From: Laetmonice hystrix
Lineage: Eukaryota
Reading direction: 5' to 3'
NCBI GenBank assembly: GCA_965235115.1
Contig: OZ249440.1
Location: 31,932,001 to 31,996,000, forward strand
Length of the DNA: 64,000 bases
Positions 25,483-38,800 of this stretch are shown here, in pieces. Under the pieces are notes generated by a model. That model had not been told where the DNA came from. It saw only the letters and a list, made by a program, of their open reading frames with translations, and did no database searches. The position numbers and the translations under genes were made by a program. Position 1 is the stretch's first letter; the number at the start of each line of letters is the position of its first letter.

Positions 25483-28400
25483 TGATGAATTTGGTTGAGT
25501 GGTTAGAGGTAATGTCTTAGGGCCAGACAGCCGTGTCATGGGGATTACGAAGAGGGGAAGGTGTTGGCTGAGTCGTTCGGGATAATGTCTTAAGGTCAGT
25601 CGGCCATATCATGGAGATTGTGAAGGGATAAAGTTGTTGGCTGAGTGGTTCGGGGTAATGTCTGAGGGCCAGTCAGCCATATCATGAGGATTGGGAAGGG
25701 GGAGGGTGTTGGCTGAGTGGTTCGGGGTAATGTCTCAGGGACAGTCAGCCATATCATGAGGATTGGAAAGAGGGAGGGTGTTGGCCGAGTGGTTCGGCGT
25801 AATGTCTGAGGGCCAGTCAGCCATATTATGGGGATTGGGAAGAGGGAGGGTGTTGGCTGAGTGGTTCGGGGTAATGTCTGAGGGACAGTCAGCCATATCA
25901 TGGGGATTGGAAAGAGGGAGGGTGTTGGCTGAGTGGTTCGGGGTAATGTCTCAGGGACAGTCAGCCATATCATGGGGATTGGAAAGAGGGAGGGTGTTGG
26001 CTGGGTGTTTCGGGGTAAGGTCTGAGGGCCAGTCAGCCATATTATGGGGATTGGGAAGGGGGAGGGTGTTGGCTGAGTGGTTTGGGGTAATGTCTGATGA
26101 CCAATCAGCCATATCATGGAGATTGGGAAGAGGGAGGATGTTGGCTGAGTGGTTCGGGGTAATGTCTGAGGGCCAGTCAGCCATATCATGGGGATTGGGA
26201 AGAGGGAGGGTGTTGGCTGAGTGGTTCGGGGTAAAGTCTGAGGGCCAGTCAGCCATATCATGGGGATTGGGAAGAGGGAGGGTGTTGGCTGAGTGGTTCG
26301 GGGTAATAGCTGAGGGACAGTCAGCCATATTATGGGGATTGGGAAGAGGGAGGGTGTTGGCTGGGTGGTTCGGGGTAATGTCTGAGGGCCAGTCAGCCAT
26401 ATCATGGGGATTGGGAAGGGGAAGGGTGTTGGCTGAGTGGTTCGGGGTAATGTCTGAGGGCCAATCAGCCATATCATGGGGATTGGGAAGGGGGAGGGTG
26501 TTGGCTGAGTGGTTCGGGATAATGTCTGAGGGCCAGTCAGCCATATCATGAGGATTGGGAAGAGGGAGGGTGTTGGCTGAGTGGTTCGGGGTAATGTCTG
26601 AGGGCCCGTCAGCCATATCATGGGGATTGGGAAGAGGGAGGGTGTTGGCTGAGTGGTTCGGGGTAATGTCTAAGGGCCAGTCAGCCATATCATGGGGATT
26701 GCGTAGAGGGAGGGTGTTGGCTGAGTGGTTGGGAGTAATGTCTGAGGGTCAGTCAGCCATATCATGGGGATTGGGAAGAGGGAGGGTGTTGTCTGAGTGG
26801 TTAGGGATAACATCTGAGGGCCACTCAACCATATCATTGGGATTGGAAAGAGGGGGGAAGGTGTTGGCTGAGTGGTTAGGCTTAACGTCACATGGCCAGT
26901 TAGCCATATTATAGGGGTTTGGAATTCGAGTCATCTTATCATCATTTATGATCATTGTCATTCCCCGTGGGGCCCGGGGAACAATAGGCCCCATTCGTTT
27001 CATCACCCTGTGGGAGTGAGTGTGGGGAAGGTGTTAGTTGTGTGGTTAGAGGTAATGTCTGAGGGCCAGACAGCCACAGCATGTGGATTGGGAAGGGTAT
27101 GAGATGTCGGCTAAGTGTTTGGAGGGAATGTCTGAAGACCAATTAGTCATGTCAGGGATTGGGAAGGGCGTATAGGATTGGTTGGAGGTGGTAGTATAGA
27201 AAAAAAAAACGAAAAATAGCCCAAAAAAATTAAAAGAGAAAAAAATGAAACAAAAGTTTGTGGGTAATGGATGTCGCAGTACTTAGATATGTCTGCTGGG
27301 TGTTTATATCAAGGTTAATTCGATTTCGCTGTACTGGAGCGTCACTCTGGGTGGTTGGAGGTGGTAGTATAATAGAAAAGGGGAAAATACCCAAAAAATC
27401 ACAAAAGAAAACAATGAAAAAAAGTTTGTGGGTGTTGACCCTTCAGATGAAATATCTGCACTGTGTCACGACGCCACCCCTGCACACATGTAATTCTTGT
27501 CTTGTTGTAACTGAATGACTATAGTAAAAATCAACAATGATGAATTTGGTTGAGTGGTTAGAGGTAATGTCTTAGGGCCAGACAGCCGTGTCATGGGGAT
27601 TACGAAGAGGGGAAGGTGTTGGCTGAGTCGTTCGGGATAATGTCTTAAGGTCAGTCGGCCATATCATGGAGATTGTGAAGGGATAAAGTTGTTGGCTGAG
27701 TGGTTCGGGGTAATGTCTGAGGGCCAGTCAGCCATATCATGAGGATTGGGAAGGGGGAGGGTGTTGGCTGAGTGGTTCGGGGTAATGTCTCAGGGACAGT
27801 CAGCCATATCATGAGGATTGGAAAGAGGGAGGGTGTTGGCCGAGTGGTTCGGCGTAATGTCTGAGGGCCAGTCAGCCATATTATGGGGATTGGGAAGAGG
27901 GAGGGTGTTGGCTGAGTGGTTCGGGGTAATGTCTGAGGGACAGTCAGCCATATCATGGGGATTGGAAAGAGGGAGGGTGTTGGCTGAGTGGTTCGGGGTA
28001 ATGTCTCAGGGACAGTCAGCCATATCATGGGGATTGGAAAGAGGGAGGGTGTTGGCTGGGTGTTTCGGGGTAAGGTCTGAGGGCCAGTCAGCCATATTAT
28101 GGGGATTGGGAAGGGGGAGGGTGTTGGCTGAGTGGTTTGGGGTAATGTCTGATGACCAATCAGCCATATCATGGAGATTGGGAAGAGGGAGGATGTTGGC
28201 TGAGTGGTTCGGGGTAATGTCTGAGGGCCAGTCAGCCATATCATGGGGATTGGGAAGAGGGAGGGTGTTGGCTGAGTGGTTCGGGGTAAAGTCTGAGGGC
28301 CAGTCAGCCATATCATGGGGATTGGGAAGAGGGAGGGTGTTGGCTGAGTGGTTCGGGGTAATAGCTGAGGGACAGTCAGCCATATTATGGGGATTGGGAA

Positions 28401-29593
28401 GAGGGAGGGTGTTGGCTGGGTGGTTCGGGGTAATGTCTGAGGGCCAGTCAGCCATATCATGGGGATTGGGAAGGGGAAGGGTGTTGGCTGAGTGGTTCGG
28501 GGTAATGTCTGAGGGCCAATCAGCCATATCATGGGGATTGGGAAGGGGGAGGGTGTTGGCTGAGTGGTTCGGGATAATGTCTGAGGGCCAGTCAGCCATA
28601 TCATGAGGATTGGGAAGAGGGAGGGTGTTGGCTGAGTGGTTCGGGGTAATGTCTGAGGGCCCGTCAGCCATATCATGGGGATTGGGAAGAGGGAGGGTGT
28701 TGGCTGAGTGGTTCGGGGTAATGTCTAAGGGCCAGTCAGCCATATCATGGGGATTGCGTAGAGGGAGGGTGTTGGCTGAGTGGTTGGGAGTAATGTCTGA
28801 GGGTCAGTCAGCCATATCATGGGGATTGGGAAGAGGGAGGGTGTTGTCTGAGTGGTTAGGGATAACATCTGAGGGCCACTCAACCATATCATTGGGATTG
28901 GAAAGAGGGGGGAAGGTGTTGGCTGAGTGGTTAGGCTTAACGTCACATGGCCAGTTAGCCATATTATAGGGGTTTGGAATTCGAGTCATCTTATCATCAT
29001 TTATGATCATTGTCATTCCCCGTGGGGCCCGGGGAACAATAGGCCCCATTCGTTTCATCACCCTGTGGGAGTGAGTGTGGGGAAGGTGTTAGTTGTGTGG
29101 TTAGAGGTAATGTCTGAGGGCCAGACAGCCACAGCATGTGGATTGGGAAGGGTATGAGATGTCGGCTAAGTGTTTGGAGGGAATGTCTGAAGACCAATTA
29201 GTCATGTCAGGGATTGGGAAGGGCGTATAGGATTGGTTGGAGGTGGTAGTATAGAAAAAAAAAACGAAAAATAGCCCAAAAAAATTAAAAGAGAAAAAAA
29301 TGAAACAAAAGTTTGTGGGTAATGGATGTCGCAGTACTGAGATATGTCTGCTGGGTGTTTATATCAAGGTTAATTTGACTTCGCTGTACTGGAGCGTCAC
29401 TCTGGGTGGTTGGAGGTGGTAGTATAGAAGAAAAGGGGAAACATACCCAAAATATCACAAAAGAAAACAATGAAAAAAAGTTTGTTGGTGTTGACCCTTC
29501 AGATGAAATATCTGCACTGTGTTACGACGCCACCCCTGCACACATGTAATTCTTGTCTTGTTGTAACTGAATGACTGTAGTAAAAATCAACAA
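25483..29593. repeat. Tandem doublet of the ~2055-bp unit (type D)
   Basis: Identical ORF translations at a 2055-bp offset (25596/27651, 25763/27818). Confidence 0.92.
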
Positions 29594-30854
29594 TGATGAA
29601 TTTGGTTGAGTGGTTAGAGGTAATGTCTTAGGGCCAGTCGGCCATATCATGGAGATTGTGAAGGGATGAAGGTGTTGGCTGAGTCGTTCGGGATAATGTC
29701 TAAAGGCCAGTCGGCCATATCATGGAGATTGTGAAGGGATGAAGGTGTTGGCTGAGTGTTTCGGGGTAATGTCTGAGGGCCAGTCAGCCATATCATGGGG
29801 ATTGGGAAGAGGGAGGGTGTTGGCTGAGTGGTTCGGGGTAATGTCTAAGGGCCAGTCAGCCATATCATGGGGATTGGGAAGAGGGAGGCTGTTGGCTGAG
29901 TGGTTTGGGGTAATGTCTGAGGGACAGTCAGCCATATCATGGGGATTGAGAAGAGGGGGGTGGTGGCTGCGTGGTTCGGGGTAATGTCTGAGGGCCAGTC
30001 AGCCATATGATGGGGATTGCGTAGAGGGAGGGTGTTGGCTGAGTGGTTCGGGGTAATGTCTGAGGGCCAGTCAGCCATATCATGGGGATTGGGAAGAGGG
30101 AGGGTGTTGGCTGAGTGGTTAGGGGTAACATCTGAGGGCCAGTCAACCATATCATTGGGATTGGAAAGAGGGGGGAATGTGTTGGCTGAGTGGTTCGGGT
30201 TAATGTCACATGGCCAGTTAGCCATATTATAGGGGTTCGGAATTCGAGTCATCTTATCATCATTTATGATCATTGTCATTCCCCGTGGGGCCCGGGGAAC
30301 AATAGGCCCCATTCGTTACATCACCCTGTGGGAGTGAGTGTGGGGAAGGTTTTGGTTGTGTGGTTAGAGGTAATGTCTGAGAGCCAGACAGCCACAGCAT
30401 GTGGATTGGGAAGGGGATGAGATGTCGGCTAAGTGTTTGGAGGGAATGTCTGAAGACCAATCAGTCATGTCAGGGATTGGGAAGGGGGATATAGGATTGG
30501 TTGGAGGTAGTATTATAGAGGAAAAACGAAAAATAGTCCCAAAAAATCAAAAGAGAAAAAAATGAAACAAAAGTTTGTGGGTAATGGATGTCGCAGTACT
30601 TAGATATGTCTGCTGGGTGTTTATATCAAGGTTAATTTGATTTCGCTGTACTGGAGCGTCACTCTGGGTGGTTGGAGGTGGTAGTATAGAAGAAAAGGGG
30701 AAAATACCCAAAAAATCACAAAAGAAAACAATGAAAAAAAGTTTGTGGGTGTTGACCCTTCAGATGAAATATCTGCACTGTGTCACGACGCCACCCCTGC
30801 ACACATGTAATTCTTGTCTTGTTGTAACTGAATGACTATAGTAAAAATCAACAA

Positions 30855-33800
30855 TGATGAATTTGGTTGAGTGGTTAGAGGTAATGTCTTAGGGCCAGAC
30901 AGCCGTGTCATGGGGATTAGGAAGAGGGGAAGGTGTTGGCTGAGTCGTTCGGGATAATGTCTTAAGGTCAGTCGGCCATATCATGGAGATTGTGAAGGGA
31001 TAAAGTTGTTGGCTGAGTGGTTCGGGTAATGTCTGAGGGCCAGTCAGCCATATCATGAGGATTGGGAAGGGGGAGGGTGTTGGCTGAGTGGTTCGGGGTA
31101 ATGTCTAAGGGCCAGTCAGCCATATCATGGGGATTGGGAATAGGGAGGGTGTTGGCTGAGTGGTTCGGGGTAATGTCTAAGGGCCAGTCAGCCATATCAT
31201 GGGAATTGGGAAGAGGGAGGGTGTTGGCTGAGTGGTTCGGGGTAATGTCTCAGGGACAGTCAGCCATATCATGAGGATTGGAAAGAGGGAGGGTGTTGGC
31301 CGAGTGGTTCGGGGTAATGTCTGAGGGCCAGTCAGCCATATTATGGGGATTGGGAAGAGGGAGGGTGTTGGCTGAGTGGTTCGGGGTAATGACTGAGGGC
31401 CAGTCAGCCATATCATGGGGATTGGGAAGAGGGAGGGTGTTGCCTGAGTGGTTAGGGGTAATGTCTGAGGGCCAGTCAGCCATATCATGGGGATTGGGAA
31501 GTGGGAGGGTGTTGGCTGAGTGGTTAGGGGTAATGTCTGAGGGCCAGTCAGCCATATCATGGGGATTGGGAAGAGGGAGGGTGTCGGCTGAGTGGTTCGG
31601 GGTAATGTCTGAGGGACAGTCAGCCATATCATGGGGATTGGAAAGAGGGAGGGTGTTGGCTGAGTGGTTCGGGGCAATGTCTGAGGGACAGTCAGCCATA
31701 TCATGGGGATTAGGAAGAGGGAGGGTGTTGGCTGGGTGTTTCGGGGTAATGTCTGAGGGCCAGTCAGCCATATTATGGGGATTGGGAAGGGGGAGGGTGT
31801 TGGCTGAGTGGTTTGGGGTAATGTCTTATGGCCAATCAGCCATATCATGGGGATTGGGAAGAGGGAGGATGTTGGCTGAGTGGTTCGGGGTAATGTCTGA
31901 GGGCCAGTCAGCCATATCATGGGGATTGGGAAGAGGGAGGGTGTTGGCTGAGTGGTTCGGGGTAAAGTCTGAGGGCCAGTCAGCCATATCATGGGTATTG
32001 GGAAGAGGGAGGGTGTTGGCTGACTGGTTCGGGGTAATGTCTGAGGGACAGTCAGCCATATCATGGGGATTGGGAAGAGGGAGGGTGTTGGCTGAGTGGT
32101 TCGGGGTAATGGCTGAGGGACAGTCAGCCATATCATGGGGATTGGGAAGAGGGAGGGTGTTGGCTGGGTGGTTCGGGGTAATGTCTGAGGGCCAGTCAGC
32201 CATATCATGGGGATTGGGAAGGGGAAGGGTGTTGGCTAAGTGGTTCGGGGTAATGTCTGAGGGCCAATCAGCCATATCATGGGGATTGGGAAGGGGGAGG
32301 GTGTTGGCTGAGTGGTTCGGGATAATGTCTGAGGGCCAGTCAGCCATATCATGGGGATTGGGAAGAGGGAGGGTGTTGGCTGAGTGGTTCGGGGTAATGT
32401 CTGAGGGCCCGTCAGCCATATCATGGGGATTGGGAAGAGGGAGGGTGTTGGCTGAGTGGTTCGGGGTAATGTCTAAGGGCCAGTCAGCCATATCATGGGG
32501 ATTGGGAAGAGGGAGGGTGTTGGCTGAGTGGTTCGGGGTAATGTCTAAGGGCCAGTCAGCCATATCATGGGGATTGGGAAGAGGGAGGGTGTTGGCTGAG
32601 TGGTTAGGGGTAACATCTGAGGGCCAGTCAACCATATCATTGGGATTGGAAAGAGGGGGGAAGGTGTTGGCTGAGTGGTTAGGGTTAACGTCACATGGCC
32701 AGTTAGCCATATTATAGGGGTTCGGAATTCGAGTCATCTTATCATCATTTATGATCATTGTCATTCCCCGTGGGGCCCGGGGAACAATAGGCCCCATTCG
32801 TTTCATCACCCTGTGGGAGTGAGTGTGGGGAAGGTGTTAGTTGTGTGGTTAGAGGTAATGTCTGAGAGCCAGACAGCCACAGCATGTGGATTGGGAAGGG
32901 GATGAGATGTCGGCTAAGTGTTTGGAGGGAATGTCTGAAGACCAATCAGTCATGTCAGGGATTGGGAAGGGGGATATAGGATTGGTTGGAGGTAGTATTA
33001 TAGAGGAAAAACGAAAAATAGTCCCAAAAAATCAAAAGAGAAAAAAATGAAACAAAAGTTTGTGGGTAATGGATGTCGCAGTACTTAGATATGTCTGCTG
33101 GGTGTTTATATCAAGGTTAATTTGATTTCGCTGTACTGGAGCGTCACTCTGGGTGGTTGGAGGTGGTAGTATAGAAGAAAAGGGGAAAATACCCAAAAAA
33201 TCACAAAAGAAAACAATGAAAAAAAGTTTGTGGGTGTTGACCCTTCAGATGAAATATCTGCACTGTGTCACGACGCCACCCCTGCACACATGTAATTCTT
33301 GTCTTGTTGTAACTGAATGACTATAGTAAAAATCAACAATGATGAATTTGGTTGAGTGGTTAGAGGTAATGTCTTAGGGCCAGACAGCCGTGTCATGGGG
33401 ATTAGGAAGAGGGGAAGGTGTTGGCTGAGTCGTTCGGGATAATGTCTTAAGGTCAGTCGGCCATATCATGGAGATTGTGAAGGGATAAAGTTGTTGGCTG
33501 AGTGGTTCGGGTAATGTCTGAGGGCCAGTCAGCCATATCATGAGGATTGGGAAGGGGGAGGGTGTTGGCTGAGTGGTTCGGGGTAATGTCTAAGGGCCAG
33601 TCAGCCATATCATGGGGATTGGGAATAGGGAGGGTGTTGGCTGAGTGGTTCGGGGTAATGTCTAAGGGCCAGTCAGCCATATCATGGGAATTGGGAAGAG
33701 GGAGGGTGTTGGCTGAGTGGTTCGGGGTAATGTCTCAGGGACAGTCAGCCATATCATGAGGATTGGAAAGAGGGAGGGTGTTGGCCGATTGGTTCGGGGT

Positions 33801-35824
33801 AATGTCTGAGGGCCAGTCAGCCATATTATGGGGATTGGGAAGAGGGAGGGTGTTGGCTGAGTGGTTCGGGGTAATGACTGAGGGCCAGTCAGCCATATCA
33901 TGGGGATTGGGAAGAGGGAGGGTGTTGCCTGAGTGGTTAGGGGTAATGTCTGAGGGCCAGTCAGCCATATCATGGGGATTGGGAAGTGGGAGGGTGTTGG
34001 CTGAGTGGTTAGGGGTAATGTCTGAGGGCCAGTCAGCCATATCATGGGGATTGGGAAGAGGGAGGGTGTCGGCTGAGTGGTTCGGGGTAATGTCTGAGGG
34101 ACAGTCAGCCATATCATGGGGATTGGAAAGAGGGAGGGTGTTGGCTGAGTGGTTCGGGGCAATGTCTGAGGGACAGTCAGCCATATCATGGGGATTAGGA
34201 AGAGGGAGGGTGTTGGCTGGGTGTTTCGGGGTAATGTCTGAGGGCCAGTCAGCCATATTATGGGGATTGGGAAGGGGGAGGGTGTTGGCTGAGTGGTTTG
34301 GGGTAATGTCTTATGGCCAATCAGCCATATCATGGGGATTGGGAAGAGGGAGGATGTTGGCTGAGTGGTTCGGGGTAATGTCTGAGGGCCAGTCAGCCAT
34401 ATCATGGGGATTGGGAAGAGGGAGGGTGTTGGCTGAGTGGTTCGGGGTAAAGTCTGAGGGCCAGTCAGCCATATCATGGGTATTGGGAAGAGGGAGGGTG
34501 TTGGCTGACTGGTTCGGGGTAATGTCTGAGGGACAGTCAGCCATATCATGGGGATTGGGAAGAGGGAGGGTGTTGGCTGAGTGGTTCGGGGTAATGGCTG
34601 AGGGACAGTCAGCCATATCATGGGGATTGGGAAGAGGGAGGGTGTTGGCTGGGTGGTTCGGGGTAATGTCTGAGGGCCAGTCAGCCATATCATGGGGATT
34701 GGGAAGGGGAAGGGTGTTGGCTAAGTGGTTCGGGGTAATGTCTGAGGGCCAATCAGCCATATCATGGGGATTGGGAAGGGGGAGGGTGTTGGCTGAGTGG
34801 TTCGGGATAATGTCTGAGGGCCAGTCAGCCATATCATGGGGATTGGGAAGAGGGAGGGTGTTGGCTGAGTGGTTCGGGGTAATGTCTGAGGGCCCGTCAG
34901 CCATATCATGGGGATTGGGAAGAGGGAGGGTGTTGGCTGAGTGGTTCGGGGTAATGTCTAAGGGCCAGTCAGCCATATCATGGGGATTGGGAAGAGGGAG
35001 GGTGTTGGCTGAGTGGTTCGGGGTAATGTCTAAGGGCCAGTCAGCCATATCATGGGGATTGGGAAGAGGGAGGGTGTTGGCTGAGTGGTTAGGGGTAACA
35101 TCTGAGGGCCAGTCAACCATATCATTGGGATTGGAAAGAGGGGGGAAGGTGTTGGCTGAGTGGTTAGGGTTAACGTCACATGGCCAGTTAGCCATATTAT
35201 AGGGGTTCGGAATTCGAGTCATCTTATCATCATTTATGATCATTGTCATTCCCCGTGGGGCCCGGGGAACAATAGGCCCCATTCGTTTCATCACCCTGTG
35301 GGAGTGAGTGTGGGGAAGGTGTTAGTTGTGTGGTTAGAGGTAATGTCTGAGAGCCAGACAGCCACAGCATGTGGATTGGGAAGGGGATGAGATGTCGGCT
35401 AAGTGTTTGGAGGGAATGTCTGAAGACCAACCAGTCATGTCAGGGATTGGGAAGGGGGATATAGGATTGGTTGGAGGTAGTAGTATAGAGGAAAAACGAA
35501 AAATAGTCCCAAAAAATCAAAAGAGAAAAAAATGAAACAAAAGTTTGTGGGTAATGGATGTCGCAGTACTTAGATATGTCTGCTGGGTGTTTATATCAAG
35601 GTTAATTTGATTTCGCTGTACTGGAGCGTCACTCTGGGTGGTTGGAGGTGGTAGTATAGAAGAAAAGGGGAAAATACCCAAAAAATCACAAAAGAAAACA
35701 ATGAAAAAAAGTTTGTGGGTGTTGACCCTTCAGATGAAATATCTGCACTGTGTCACGACGCCACCCCTGCACACATGTAATTCTTGTCTTGTTGTAACTG
35801 AATGACTATAGTAAAAATCAACAA
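30855..35824. repeat. Tandem doublet of the longest (2485-bp, ~26 monomer) unit
   Basis: Near-identical ORF translations at a 2485-bp offset (31278/33763). Both share the 1-bp deletion TTCGGGTAATG. Confidence 0.92.
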
Positions 35825-38800
35825 TGATGAATTTGGTTGAGTGGTTAGAGGTAATGTCTTAGGGCCAGACAGCCGTGTCATGGGGATTAGGAAGAGGGGA
35901 AGGTGTTGGCTGAGTCGTTCGGGATAATGTCTTAAGGTCAGTCGGCCATATCATGGAGATTGTGAAGGGATAAAGTTGTTGGCTGAGTGGTTCGGGGTAA
36001 TGTCTGAGGGCCAGTCAGCCATATCATGAGGATTGGGAAGAGGGAGGGTGTTGGCTGAGTGGTTCGGGGTAATGTCTAAGGGCCAGTCAGCCATATCATG
36101 GGGATTGGGAATAGGGAGGGTGTTGGCTGAGTGGTTCGGGGTAATGTCTAAGGGCCAGTCAGCCATATCATGGGAATTGGGAAGAGGGGGGGTGTTGGCT
36201 GAGTGGTTCGGGGTAATGTCTCAGGGACAGTCAGCCATATCATGAGGATTGGAAAGAGGGAGGGTGTTGGCCGAGTGGTTCGGGGTAATGTCTGAGGGCC
36301 AGTCAGCCATATCATGGGGATTGGGAAGGGGGAGGGTGTTGGCTGAGTGGTTCGGGATAATGTCTGAGGGCCAGTCAGCCATATCATGAGGATTGGGAAG
36401 AGGGAGGGTGTTGGCTGAGTGGTTCGGGGTAATGTCTGAGGGACAGTCAGCCATATCATGGGGATTGGAAAGAGGGAGGGTGTTGGCTGAGTGGTTCGGG
36501 GTAATGTCTCAGGGACAGTCAGCCATATCATGGGGATTGGGAAGAGGGAGGGTGTTGGCTGGGTGTTTCGGGGTAATGTCTGAGGGCCAGTCAGCCATAT
36601 TATGGGGATTGGGAAGGGGGGGGTGTTGGCTGAGTGGTTTGGGGTAATGTCTGATGGCCAATCAGCCATATCATGGGGATTGGGAAGAGGGAGGGTGTTG
36701 GCTGAGTGGTTTGGGGTAATGTCTGATGGCCAATCAGCCATATCATGGGGATTGGGAAGAGGGAGGATGTTGGCTGAGTGGTTTGGGGTAAAGTCTGAGG
36801 GCCAGTCAGCCATATCATGGGGATTGGGAAGAGGGAGGGTGTTGGCTGAGTGGTTCGGGGTAATGGCTGAGGGACAGTCAGCCATATCATGGGGATTGGG
36901 AAGAGGGAGGGTGTTGGCTGGGAGGTTCGGGGTAATGTCTGAGGGCCAGTCAGCCATATCATGGGGATTGGGAAGGGGAAGGGTGTTGGCTGAGTGGTTC
37001 GGGGTAATGTCTGAGGGCCAATCAGCCATATCATGGGGATTGGGAAGGGGGAGGGTGTTGGCTGAGTGGTTCGGGATAATGTCTGAGGGCCAGTCAGCCA
37101 TATCATGAGGATTGGGAAGAGGGAGGGTGTTGGCTGAGTGGTTCGGGGTAATGTCTGAGGGCCCGTCAGCCATATCATGGGGATTGGGAAGAGGGAGGGT
37201 GTTGGCTGAGTGGTTCGGGGTAATGTCTAAGGGCCAGTCAGCCATATCATGGGGATTGCGTAGAGGGAGGGTGTTGGCTGAGTGGTTGGGAGTAATGTCT
37301 GAGGGTCAGTCAGCCATATCATGGGGATTGGGAAGAGGGAGGGTGTTGGCTGAGTGGTTAGGGGTAACATCTGAGGGCCAGTCAACCATATCTTTGGGAT
37401 TGGAAAGAGGGGGGAAGGTGTTGGCTGAGTGGTTAGGGTTAACGTCACATGGCCAGTTAGCCATACTATAGGGGTTCGGAATTCGAGTCATCTTATCATC
37501 ATTTATGATCATTGTCATTCCCCGTGGGGCCCGGGGAACAATAGGCCCCATTCGTTTCATCACCCTGTGGGAGTGAGTGTGGGGAAGGTTTTGGTTGTGT
37601 GGTTAGAGGTAATGTCTGAGAGCCAGACAGCCACAGCATGTGGATTGGGAAGGGGATGAGATGTCGGCTAAGTGTTTGGAGGGAATGTCTGAAGACCAAT
37701 CAGTCATGTCAGGGATTGGGAAGGGGGATATAGGATTGGTTGGAGGTAGTAGTATAGAAGAAAAACAAAAAATAGTCCCAAAAAATCAAAAGAAAAAAAA
37801 ATGAAACAAAAGTTTGTGGGTAATGGATGTCGCAGTACTTAGATATGTCTGCTGGGTGCTTATATCAAGGTTAATTTGATTTCGCTGTACTGGAGCGTCA
37901 CTCTGGGTGGTTGGAGGTGGTAGTATAGAAGAAAAGGGGAAAATACCCAAAAAATCACAAAAGAAAACAATGAAAAAAAGTTTGTGGGTGTTGACCCTTC
38001 AGATGAAATATCTGCACTGTGTCACGACGCCACCCCTGCACACATGTAATTCTTGTCTTGTTGTAACTGAATGACTATAGTAAAAATCAACAATGATGAA
38101 TTTGGTTGAGTGGTTAGAGGTAATGTCTTACGGCCAGACAGCCGTATCATGGGGATTAGGAAGAGGGGAAGGTGTTGGCTGAGTCGTTCGGGATAATGTC
38201 TAAAGGCCAGTCGGCCATATCATGGAGATTGTGAAGGGATGAAGGTGTTGGCTGAGTGTTTCAGGGTAATGTCTGAGGGCCAGTCAGCCATATCATGGGG
38301 ATTGGGAAGAGGGAGGGTGTTGGCTGAGTGGTTCGGGGTAATGTCTAAGGGCCAGTCAGCCATATCATGGGGATTGGGAAGAGGGAGGCTGTTGGCTGAG
38401 TGGTTCGGGGTAATGTCTGAGGGACAGTCAGCCATATCATGGGGATTGAGAAGAGGGGGAGGGTGGTGGCTGAGTGGTTCCGGGTAATGTCTAAGGGCCA
38501 GTCAGCCATATCATGGGGATTGGGAAGAGGGAGGGTGTTGGCTGAGTGGTTCGAGGTAATGTCTAAGGGCCAGCCAGCCATATCTTGGGGATTGGGAAGA
38601 GGGAGGCTGTTGGCTGAGTGGTTCGGGGTAATGTTTGAGGGCCAGTCAGCCATATCATGAGGATTGGGAAGAGGGAGGGTGTTGGCTGGGTGGTAAGGGG
38701 TAATGTCTGAGGGCCAGTCAGCCATATTATGGGGATTGGGAAGAGTGAGGGTGTTGGCTGAGTGGTTCGGGGTAATGACTGAGGGCCAGTCAGCCATATC

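Noticed and set aside
31278..32717. 479-aa ORF (also 33763-35202, 62343-63494 and all similar repeat ORFs) as protein-coding genes
   Set aside because: These are translations of the 72-bp monomer. ORFs overlap on both strands, boundaries shift with random stops and frameshifts, and no domain is recognisable.
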